A stretch of DNA of 50,656 nt. Origin: Ignavibacteriales bacterium (GTDB taxonomy: Bacteria > Bacteroidota > Ignavibacteria > UBA10030 > JAHEZR01). The stretch spans positions 1 to 50,656 of the forward strand of contig JBBIJH010000003.1 of the NCBI GenBank assembly GCA_037446075.1, read 5' to 3'. The first letter of the stretch is position 1, and every line of letters starts with the position of its first letter. Under the pieces are notes generated by a model. The model was not told the origin of the DNA. It saw only the letters and a program-made list of their open reading frames with translations, and did no database searches. This document shows, in pieces, positions 37,459 to 45,116 of this stretch. The position numbers and the translations under genes are program-made.

Positions 37459-38022
37459 CTACTTCTTCAACGAGAGATCCACCTTCGGTACTTCGCGCTC
37501 TGCGGCCACTGTCACCTCGAAGAGTTCTGCCGGTGTGAACCGGAACATCCCAGCGATAATGTTTCCTGGGAACACCTGCTGGGCAATGTTAAACTTTGTG
37601 GCAATGTCATTGTAGAACTGCCGCGCGAAGCTCACTTTGTTCTCCGTGCTCGTCAGCTCCTCCTGAAGTTGCTTGACGTTTTCGCTTGCTTTCAGGTTCG
37701 GATAGTTTTCAAAAAGAGCAAAGAGACGAGAAAGTGCCTGAGTCAGCTCGCCTTCTTTTGCCGCCGCTTCAGCAGGACCCCGGGCAGCAACAGCGGCGTT
37801 GCGCGCTTCCACTACCATTCGCAGTGTATCTTGCTCAAACTGCATGTAGCCGCGTACCGCTTCAATAAGATTCGGGATGAGGTCATGGCGACGCTTCAGC
37901 TGGACGTCGATCTGCTTCCAGCCGTTCTTCACCTGGTTGCGCAGAGTGATGAGCGAATTGTATTTTGCGATGACCCAAATGATAATAATTCCCAGAACTA
38001 CGAGAAGTATGATTCCCAACAT
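37459..38022 (-). CDS. lemA: LemA-family protein
   Basis: 187 aa with an N-terminal TM and YNSLITLRNQVKNGWKQIDVQLKRRHDLIPNLIEAV. Confidence 0.95.
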   Translation of the reverse strand: MLGIILLVVLGIIIIWVIAKYNSLITLRNQVKNGWKQIDVQLKRRHDLIPNLIEAVRGYMQFEQDTLRMVVEARNAAVAARGPAEAAAKEGELTQALSRLFALFENYPNLKASENVKQLQEELTSTENKVSFARQFYNDIATKFNIAQQVFPGNIIAGMFRFTPAELFEVTVAAEREVPKVDLSLKK

Positions 38023-38156
38023 CGTCAGCGCTCCTTCCTATGATGAGGAAAGGTTAAAGGTTGATTCAAAAATAGGGATTCCTTATCGGTAAGTCAAGGA
38101 AATCCCCGGGCGCATCGTCGCGGAGGACACGGAGAGGCACAGGAACGCTTGTTAAC

Positions 38157-39800
38157 CTAGGTAGATGAGCCCGGTTCACTCTGGCTCTCGCCTGAAATGA
38201 TTCGACGTCTCTCCTCAAGCAGGCGATGGAAACTCTGCTTGAGATCTTTTGATTTCTTCACCATCACCTCAAAGTGTTCCCGAGGAACAGCAAGAACGTC
38301 GACAGATGTAGCAGAGCGGACAATGGCCCGACGTACGTGCGCCTCGTCAAGAATAGCCATCTCGCCAAAGTATTCGCCCGGCCCGAGCGTGGCCAGAAGC
38401 TGCTCTTTCCCATCAGAGGCAAACTCAAGGACTTCGACTTCGCCTTGATCGATAATGTAGAACCGGTCCGCGGGGTCGCCAGGCCAGACGATGATCTCCC
38501 CCGGCTCGAAGTGGGCACGACTGATGGGCTGCGCTCGAGAGAATCGATACTGGACAATGTCTCTGGGGAAAAGAAGATCAAGCGTCCAGTCCATCATGAC
38601 GCGAATCTTTCGATTCAATCCTGGCAACTTCATGAGGTATATCGTCCGCCAGAGCCACCACGCTACAAAGCCCGAGATTTGGAGTCCAAGAATCTGTGCA
38701 ACCGCACTCCGCTTCCCAACCGTCGCAAGCTGGCCAAGTCCGGTGAAGGTGAATGGCTTCTGAAGCTTTCCTCGAATCGAGGCCAGGATGTTTCTCGCCG
38801 TCGTCTTCGGCTGTCGCATGGCAAACTGCGCCATCGGCGGATATGGTTTTCCGGTCTTCGGGTTGATGAGACTCGCATTATCACCAAGAGCCCAGACACC
38901 CTCGTAACCGGGAACCTGCAGGAACTCGTTTACGATGATCCGGGCCTTGTGGTCCTTCCTGCAAGCAAGCGTGCCGATGACAGGATTTGCTCGAATGCCC
39001 GCCGTCCAGACGAGGGTTCGTGTAAGAACGGCTGTCTCATCGTCAAGCCTGATGCGGTCTTCCTCCGCCTCAAGAAGAGAACAACCCAAGCGAATCTCCA
39101 CGCCGTCGCGTTCCAGCTTCTTCTTCGCATATTGACCAAGCCGTTCTGGCATTTCAGGCAACAGCCTTGGCCCGGCTTCCAGCAGGAGAATTCGGAGCTC
39201 TGACGGGTGCAGACGTGAGTGAAACTTCACGGCGTCGTGCAGCAGGCCCGTGATTTCCCCCACTGTTTCCACGCCCGTCAATCCACCGCCAGCGACAACA
39301 AAGGTTAGCAGCGCCTTTCTCGCTTCCGGGTCATCCTCTAGATCTGCGTCGTCAAGCTGGCCAAGGACGTGATTACGGATCTGGATTGCATCGGAAAGCG
39401 TCTTCAGTGTGAGGCCATATTTTGCCACACCCGGGACCATGGACGTGTCCGTGACGCTGCCGAGTGCTAGGACAAGATAATCGAAGGTGAAATGATGGTT
39501 GTGACGCGGAAATCCGTGTGCAACGGTGACACGCCGATTCACAAGATCAATGGACTGAACATCGGCAGTACAGAATCGCGTGCGGCGAAGGAGATGCCTG
39601 ATAGGATTGACGATGTGCCGAGGGTCGAGACTCCCCGACGCCACCTCGGGCAGCATCGGCTCGAAGACGAAGAAGTTCTCTTTGCTGACGAGCGTGACGG
39701 TGAAGTCGTCTGAGCGCCGGAGAGCTTTTTCTAACTCTAACGCGGTGTAAACACCGGCGTATCCTCCGCCGAGGATGAGGATGTGGGGTTTATGTTCCAA
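38157..39800 (-). CDS. ndh: Type II NADH dehydrogenase (NDH-2) fused to a C-terminal cyclic-nucleotide-binding domain
   Basis: 547 aa with a TTG start; TAA lies two codons upstream, so no alternative start exists. Rossmann motifs ILGGGYAGV and VVAGGGLTGVE. The C-terminal ~120 aa are CAP-type cNMP-binding (RFYIIDQGEVEV, GEYFGEMAIL, RRAIVRS). Confidence 0.9.
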   Translation of the reverse strand: MEHKPHILILGGGYAGVYTALELEKALRRSDDFTVTLVSKENFFVFEPMLPEVASGSLDPRHIVNPIRHLLRRTRFCTADVQSIDLVNRRVTVAHGFPRHNHHFTFDYLVLALGSVTDTSMVPGVAKYGLTLKTLSDAIQIRNHVLGQLDDADLEDDPEARKALLTFVVAGGGLTGVETVGEITGLLHDAVKFHSRLHPSELRILLLEAGPRLLPEMPERLGQYAKKKLERDGVEIRLGCSLLEAEEDRIRLDDETAVLTRTLVWTAGIRANPVIGTLACRKDHKARIIVNEFLQVPGYEGVWALGDNASLINPKTGKPYPPMAQFAMRQPKTTARNILASIRGKLQKPFTFTGLGQLATVGKRSAVAQILGLQISGFVAWWLWRTIYLMKLPGLNRKIRVMMDWTLDLLFPRDIVQYRFSRAQPISRAHFEPGEIIVWPGDPADRFYIIDQGEVEVLEFASDGKEQLLATLGPGEYFGEMAILDEAHVRRAIVRSATSVDVLAVPREHFEVMVKKSKDLKQSFHRLLEERRRIISGESQSEPGSST

Positions 39801-39806
39801 TCGTTA
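39721..39806 (-). repeat. Direct repeat copy A: the functional 5' end of ndh (stop-N3-TTG plus the first ~27 codons)
   Basis: Reverse strand: TAA CGA TTG GAA CAT AAA CCC CAC ATC CTC..., encoding MEHKPHILILGGGYAGVYTALELEKAL. Confidence 0.8.
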
Positions 39807-40007
39807 TGTACGAGCGGAAAAGCAGTAAGCTCTGGGTGTAAGATACAAATAACAAATTTTCTTGGGAGTAATTGCTTTCAGTCATCGGGAACTTCTCTTT
39901 CAAGCGCAGCATAAAATCTAACTACAAATCAAGTGTGACCAAGTGGAAAGTAATCTGTTTGGGAAGGGACGCTTGATCGGAAGGGCAATGAAAGCGGGGT
40001 GATCTCC

Positions 40008-40266
40008 TCAGTACGTTGTGCTGGTTCTTCGTGAAACACGAAACACATGAACTATTCGCTTGGGCGTGATCACCTCGTAAAACACTCTGTAAGAGCCGAC
40101 GCGGCGACGCCAGACGTCCTCCTTCGCCGTGCATTTTTTCGATGTCACCTGCGTAGGGATTGAAAGCCATACCATCGATTGCATCCAGAATCCGCTTTGC
40201 GTCGTTGCTGGGGAATTTCCTGAGTTTCCTGAGAACCGAAGGGTCAACGCGTAATTCCCACCTCAC
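40008..40266 (-). pseudogene. RelE/ParE-family toxin gene disrupted by a 1-nt insertion
   Basis: The N-terminal frame reads MRWELRVDPSVLRKLRKFPSNDAKRILDAIDGMAFNPYAGDIEKMHGEG. The canonical C-terminus DVWRRRVGSYRVFYEVITPKRIVHVFRVSRRTSTTY continues in the +1 frame. The junction is near GGAGGA (40113-40128). Confidence 0.75.
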
Positions 40267-40474
40267 GCTCGATTTCGTCTACAGTGAGATACTTGCCGGA
40301 TGACAGATTCTTCCGGGCTTTCTTGAGTGCTTTCTTCTCGGAAGGTGAGGGATCAAAGGTACGCAGAGACTTGACGCGTTTGAGCCATGCAATATATGCC
40401 TCATACTCATCCCGGGGGACTGCGACGAGTTCTTTTTTCCTAACAGCAGAGCGTGGTATGGAAATCGTGGTCAT
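40244..40474 (-). CDS. Putative antitoxin (Phd/YefM-like) of the RelE-type module
   Basis: 76 aa, upstream of and overlapping the toxin start by 23 nt. ELVAVPRDEYEAYIAW resembles the Phd/YefM core. Confidence 0.55.
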   Translation of the reverse strand: MTTISIPRSAVRKKELVAVPRDEYEAYIAWLKRVKSLRTFDPSPSEKKALKKARKNLSSGKYLTVDEIEREVGITR

Positions 40475-40560
40475 TCAAGATTCTCCTTCCGCATGATGGG
40501 TTGTTGTCAATAATACTACGCATTACCATCCACAAAATCAAACAGTCTTGTTTCAAAGCC

Positions 40561-40646
40561 GCCAACCTTTTCTCAAGCTCAAGCGCGGTGCAGACTCTAT
40601 CATATCCGCCGGCGGGGATGAGGATGTGGGGGTGTTCCAACGGCTA
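40561..40646 (-). repeat. Direct repeat copy B: decayed ndh 5' end
   Basis: Reverse strand: TAG CCG TTG GAA CAC CCC CAC ATC CTC..., encoding MEHPHILIPAGGYDRVCTALELEKRL. About 17 of 28 aligned codons encode the same residue as copy A, and the GxGxxG motif is destroyed. Confidence 0.75.
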
Positions 40647-40705
40647 GACACAACTCCCTACGAAATGGGGTCAGGGATGTTTGCAGGGTTGAAATAGATA
40701 CATCG

Positions 40706-41608
40706 CTACTCCTCCGTAAAGTAGTCGGAATCTATTTTCTTAATCTCATAGGTTGCAACCGGGCTGACACCCACACTATGATCGATCATGAGTTGAGCAA
40801 GCTGCTCTCCATCGATAAGGACAATCTTGCTGTCAATCCGTGTTGCGTAATCATAGGCTTCGCGAGAAAAGTCAGACGTTGTGATGAAAATCCCTTTCTT
40901 TGCCCTTTGCCCCTGAAGAGCACCAGCAAATTTTTGAATCTCTGGACGACCGACCGTGTTCTCCCAACGCTTGGCTTGAACGTAAATGATATCCATTCCA
41001 AGCCGGTCCTCTTTGATTATTCCATCAATTCCCTCGTCTCCGCTTCTGCCGATTGCTTCACCTGCATCCTTCCTAGTGCCACCGTATCCCATTTTCACCA
41101 GGAGTTCAACAACGACCCTTTCGAAGAGGCTGGGAGGACTCGATTTGATCTGCTGTAGCAGTTCGTTCACAAGATTCGCCTTTATGCTCTGGAAGGCCTT
41201 CTCCAGTACCTCCTCCGGCGTCTCCTCCGGAGCCCTTCCCTCTCGCGTTTCCTCGGTTGCTCTCCTAAGAGCTCTAAACTCTTTGAATTCTATGAACTGA
41301 TCCAGAAATTCCACATTGATCTCCAGAGGATTCTGGGCTAGAACCTTGAGACCTCTCTCGGTTATTTTGTAATAGCCTCGCCTAGTGGACTCAAGGAGAC
41401 CAGCTTTTTTCATGTACGTCCTTGCCCACCCGACGCGATTGTCAAAAACGGCCTGCTGACCGCTCGGTAGAAGCTGTCGGCGCTCCTCATCCGAGAGCTT
41501 AAAGCCTGTTGCAAGAGCCTCAATGGTCTCACGCAGTGAGTGTTCGTGCTGATCGCTCGCGTACCTCAGGAGAGGAAGCATTATAGATTCATAATCGGGA
41601 ATGGCCAT
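40706..41608 (-). CDS. mrr: Mrr-family restriction endonuclease (Mrr_N winged helix + Mrr catalytic domain)
   Basis: 300 aa with IPDYESIMLPLLRYASD...NRVGWARTYMKKAGLLES (Mrr_N). Catalytic region GDEGIDGIIKEDRLGMDIIYVQAKRW. GGAGG lies before the ATG. Confidence 0.9.
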   Translation of the reverse strand: MAIPDYESIMLPLLRYASDQHEHSLRETIEALATGFKLSDEERRQLLPSGQQAVFDNRVGWARTYMKKAGLLESTRRGYYKITERGLKVLAQNPLEINVEFLDQFIEFKEFRALRRATEETREGRAPEETPEEVLEKAFQSIKANLVNELLQQIKSSPPSLFERVVVELLVKMGYGGTRKDAGEAIGRSGDEGIDGIIKEDRLGMDIIYVQAKRWENTVGRPEIQKFAGALQGQRAKKGIFITTSDFSREAYDYATRIDSKIVLIDGEQLAQLMIDHSVGVSPVATYEIKKIDSDYFTEE

Positions 41609-41696
41609 GGCAGATAAACCTCCTTAGGCCTTCTTAACCGAAGGTTTAGGAAAAATGATATGTTAGCTACAGTTCTGAAGCCTTGGATCACCTGCC

Positions 41697-41754
41697 GTAT
41701 CTCGCGCGATAGCAGACCGAAATCAATGGCGGATGTGGGGGCGTCCAAAGGTTA
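41697..41754 (-). repeat. Direct repeat copy C: most degraded ndh 5' remnant
   Basis: Reverse strand: TAA CCT TTG GAC GCC CCC ACA TCC GCC... It retains stop-N3-TTG and the CCCCCACATCC core, with an internal deletion and a frame change. Confidence 0.6.
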
Positions 41755-41795
41755 CAAAGAACACGGGCGTTTTGATTTCGGCATGCTTCTCTTTG

Positions 41796-41828
41796 GTTAC
41801 TTTCTCTTGCACGTCAAGAGAAAGTAAC
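41796..41828. repeat. Perfect 14-bp inverted repeat (hairpin) with a 5-nt loop
   Basis: GTTACTTTCTCTTG-CACGT-CAAGAGAAAGTAAC. There is no flanking T- or A-run on either strand. Confidence 0.8.
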
Positions 41829-41901
41829 AAACATGCACATGTCCGAAACAGATTGCTTCACCCCGACAAATCGGGATTCACAAGGACATAATGCTCGGTT
41901 G

Positions 41902-43845
41902 TTAGTCACCTTTTCCCCATTTCCTCTTCAAATACTTCGTCAACCCACCCGCGAGCAGCATCTCCACCTTCCGCTTTGAAAGGGCGTGTGTTAGTCGGTA
42001 GTTCTCGTTCCGTGTCAAATTCTTCAGGACAATCTCCTTTCCTTTCTCAAGCGCGTCTCGGAGTCCTTCGATGAGCAATCGGTCGCCCTGCTTGATCTTT
42101 CCATGATCATCAGGATTCACGAACCTCAGTGGCGGAATCCCAAAGTTCACGAGGTTTGACTCATGAATCCGAGCAAAGCTCTTCGCGATGATCACTTTCA
42201 CACCGAGGTACATCGGTGCAATTGCCGCGTGTTCGCGGCTCGAGCCTTGTCCCCAGTTCTCCCCGCCAACCACGAACCCTCCGCCCTTCTCTTTCGCCCG
42301 CTTCGGGAATGTTTTGTCAACGTACGCAAATGTCCACTCGCTGATTGCCGGAATGTTTGAGCGAAGCGGTAGAACGTTGTTCCCGCCCGGCAGGATGTGG
42401 TCTGTCGAAATGTTGTCTCCAAGCACCAGTAGCACCTCACCTTCGACTCGGTCGGGCACAGGCTGGGCTGGTGGAGGTGGCACGATGTTCGGCCCTCTGA
42501 GCACTTCAACATTGTCCCCGTTTTTTGCTGGGGGTAAGAAGTCCGCTGTGTACAGCTCATACTCTTCCGGCTCTTCAATTCTCGGCGGGTCGCCTAACCG
42601 TCGTGGGTCAGTAATCTTCCCGTAGATTGCCGTCGCGACCGCGGTCTCGGGACTGCAAAGCCACACGCGGTCATCTTCTGTGCCGCTGCGTCCTTTGAAA
42701 TTCCGATTGAACGTCCGCACGCTGTTCCCGAACGATGGCGGCGCCGCTCCCATTCCTATGCATGGGCCACACGCCACTTCGAGTGCGCGGACACCTGCCT
42801 CCATGAGGTCTTTGAACGCACCGGTGTTCATTATATTAATGAGAATCTGCCTTGACCCAGGGGAGAGTGTCATGTGCAGGCCGGGAGCAACGTGTTTTCC
42901 CTTGAGTGCTCTGGCTACAATCATAAGGTCGCGGTACGAGGAATTCACTGAGGAACCAACTGCAACCTGTCGTACCTCTGTCCCTTCAACTTCTCTCACG
43001 GGCACAACATTGTCCGGACTCCATGGCTTTGCGATGAGCGGTTCGAGCTTCGAGAGGTCAATCGTGATCTCATCATCATACTTTGCATGAGGGTCGGGTC
43101 CACCTGGCCTCCAATCGTTCTCTCGTTTCTGTGCTTTGAGGAACTTCCTCGTCATCTCATCTGAAGCGAAGAGACCCGACGTTGCACCAAGCTCTTGCGT
43201 CATATTGCAAATTGTTGCTCGTTCATAGACGCTCATCCTTGCAGCGGCCGGCCCGACGTACTCCATCACTCTGTTGATGCCACCTTTCACCGTCAGTCGT
43301 CGAAGCAACTCAAGGATCACATCCTTTGCTGAGACCCATGGCTGGAATTCGCCGATCAGGTTGACTTTCACGACCTTCGGCATGGTGACGTAGAAAGGTT
43401 CGCCAGCCATTGCCGCCGCGACTTCGGCACCGCCGGCACCGATTGCCAGCATGCCCATGGCGCCCGCGGTGCACGTGTGGCTGTCGGAGCCGAGGAGCGT
43501 CTCGCCAGGCACATCGAATCGCTCGAGGTGTGCGAAGTGACTGATTCCATTTCCCGCACGGGAAAAAATCGCACCGTACTTCTCTGCCATCGTTTGGAGG
43601 AAAAGATGGTCGTCGGCGTTCTCGTAGCTCGTCTGGAGGATGTTGTGATCGACATACGTGACGCTAACGCGGTTCTTCACGCGCGGGATGCCGAACTCCT
43701 CAAATTGCATCCACACCATTGTGCCCGTCGCGTCTTGGACGAGCGTTTGGTCGATGCGGATACCGATTTCCTCGCCTGCTTTCATCGTGCCGTCAACGAG
43801 GTGCGAGCGGATGATTTTGTGTGTGAGTGTTTCGCCCACGCTCAT
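41902..43845 (-). CDS. Aconitate hydratase (~650-aa single-chain aconitase family)
   Basis: 647 aa counted from ATG 43845; the track ORF begins at TTG 43851. Contains LLGSDSHTCTAGAMG and CGPCIGMG cluster-ligand regions, plus a C-terminal swivel domain GENWGQGSSREHAA. Confidence 0.9.
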   Translation of the reverse strand: MSVGETLTHKIIRSHLVDGTMKAGEEIGIRIDQTLVQDATGTMVWMQFEEFGIPRVKNRVSVTYVDHNILQTSYENADDHLFLQTMAEKYGAIFSRAGNGISHFAHLERFDVPGETLLGSDSHTCTAGAMGMLAIGAGGAEVAAAMAGEPFYVTMPKVVKVNLIGEFQPWVSAKDVILELLRRLTVKGGINRVMEYVGPAAARMSVYERATICNMTQELGATSGLFASDEMTRKFLKAQKRENDWRPGGPDPHAKYDDEITIDLSKLEPLIAKPWSPDNVVPVREVEGTEVRQVAVGSSVNSSYRDLMIVARALKGKHVAPGLHMTLSPGSRQILINIMNTGAFKDLMEAGVRALEVACGPCIGMGAAPPSFGNSVRTFNRNFKGRSGTEDDRVWLCSPETAVATAIYGKITDPRRLGDPPRIEEPEEYELYTADFLPPAKNGDNVEVLRGPNIVPPPPAQPVPDRVEGEVLLVLGDNISTDHILPGGNNVLPLRSNIPAISEWTFAYVDKTFPKRAKEKGGGFVVGGENWGQGSSREHAAIAPMYLGVKVIIAKSFARIHESNLVNFGIPPLRFVNPDDHGKIKQGDRLLIEGLRDALEKGKEIVLKNLTRNENYRLTHALSKRKVEMLLAGGLTKYLKRKWGKGD

Positions 43846-43895
43846 TAGCAAGAGAAATTGTTCATTGCTTCACCGCTCCATTTCACGGACAATCC

Positions 43896-44747
43896 TCAAT
43901 CACCCAACGACTCCACGTACTCCCGAAACGCCTTCTGCAGTCTCCGCGTAATCCGACCGGGCTTCCCATCTCCGACTTTTCTCCCATCCACCTCCACAAC
44001 GGGAGTTACTTCCATGGTGGTGCTAGTGACGAAGAGCTCATCGGCTTGCGGAAGGTCGGACTCGAGGATGGGACTCTCTCTGGTCGGGAGACCAAGGTTT
44101 CCACACAGCTCAAGGACCACATCGCGCGTGATGCCTGCGAGCATGAGATTCGTTTTCGGGTGTGTCACTACAACTCCTTGGAAGATACCAAAGAAATTGC
44201 TCGCGGTTCCCTCGATCGCTACTGCATCGCGGACGAAGATCGCGTCATCAGCGCCCTCGTCCAGAGCGCGCTGCGCCATGAGGACATTGGGCAGGAGACC
44301 AACGGTCTTGATGTCGCACCGCGACCATCGGATGTCGGGAACAAGGATGACGGAAATCCCCTTCTCTTGCTGGCTGTGTCTCTTCTTGCTGAATTCCAGC
44401 GGACCAACATAGACGTTCGGCTTTGTCTCCGGCGGTGGAAACGCGTGAGTTCGTGCTGCCGACCCGCGGGTTACTTCCACATAAATCAAAGCGTTCCCAC
44501 TCGTCAGCTTATTCTCGGCGACCAATCTTTCTGCAACCTCTCCCACTTTCTTGAACTCCGAAAAAGGAATCCGGATACCCCGCACACTTTGCTCAAGTCG
44601 CCTCAGATGTTCTGGAAGTTTGAACAGCCGACCGTTGTAGGCGCGAATCACCTCATAGACGCCGTCCGCAAAAAGAAAGGCGCGGTCGTCCACAGAGATC
44701 TGAGCTTTTTCTTTTCCTAGATAATCCCCATTCAGGTAAACGATCAT
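43896..44747 (-). CDS. dat: D-amino-acid (D-alanine) aminotransferase, class IV PLP enzyme
   Basis: 283 aa with VDDRAFLFADGVYEVIRAYNGRLF...HLRRLEQS, resembling Bacillus Dat. Confidence 0.8.
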   Translation of the reverse strand: MIVYLNGDYLGKEKAQISVDDRAFLFADGVYEVIRAYNGRLFKLPEHLRRLEQSVRGIRIPFSEFKKVGEVAERLVAENKLTSGNALIYVEVTRGSAARTHAFPPPETKPNVYVGPLEFSKKRHSQQEKGISVILVPDIRWSRCDIKTVGLLPNVLMAQRALDEGADDAIFVRDAVAIEGTASNFFGIFQGVVVTHPKTNLMLAGITRDVVLELCGNLGLPTRESPILESDLPQADELFVTSTTMEVTPVVEVDGRKVGDGKPGRITRRLQKAFREYVESLGD

Positions 44748-45116
44748 TCTGGATTCCTCATTTGTTGAATTTCGTTTCCAATATATCCATTTTCACACCG
44801 TAATTCAACCATCGGGTTTGAAGGAAATCGCTTCCAGATTCTCCAATTTCTGGAAAACATGTTTTTTTTCCGTACTAGTCAGGTATCCATCAGGTGGGTA
44901 TTGACAGCACGATCTCAACCCCTCCGATTCCACCTTCTCTTCGCAAAAGAAGAGAAAAGGGGGTGAGTTGGAATCATTCGTCGCTCCTCCTGCACGTTAA
45001 CCTCGTCAATAGGGAAACTCATGGAAATCACTACTTGATTCTGGAGAGATTAATCGCCATTTTGGAGTTGACCCCATTTAAATTCCGATTTAACCCATTC
45101 GAAAGGAGCGCCTCCC

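Noticed and set aside
38274-39203. Long antisense or out-of-frame ORFs. Examples are 38274..39203 (309 aa), 5587..6456 (289 aa), 43827..44720 (297 aa), 2512..3150 (212 aa), 26243..26842, 13397..14005 and 8484..8990.
   Set aside because: Each lies fully inside a confidently identified gene on the opposite strand or in another frame. Each has a biased R/S/P-rich composition with no recognisable motifs. These are typical shadow ORFs.
40440-40640. A 66-aa ORF (MEHPHILIPAGGYDRVCTALELEKRL...) listed in the ORF track.
   Set aside because: It is the decayed duplicate of the ndh 5' end (repeat copy B) running into unrelated sequence. The Rossmann motif is destroyed and it is not a plausible independent gene.
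39801-41754. The cassette-like TA and Mrr units might be integron cassettes (a CALIN-type array).
   Set aside because: There is no intI gene. I could not find attC-like imperfect palindromes with R'/R'' boxes at the cassette ends. The repeats are copies of the ndh 5' end rather than attC sites.
41862-41875. A small hairpin CCCGA-CAAA-TCGGG just downstream of the aconitase stop, considered as a possible terminator.
   Set aside because: It has only a 5-bp stem and no adjacent U-tract on the minus strand, which is too weak to call.
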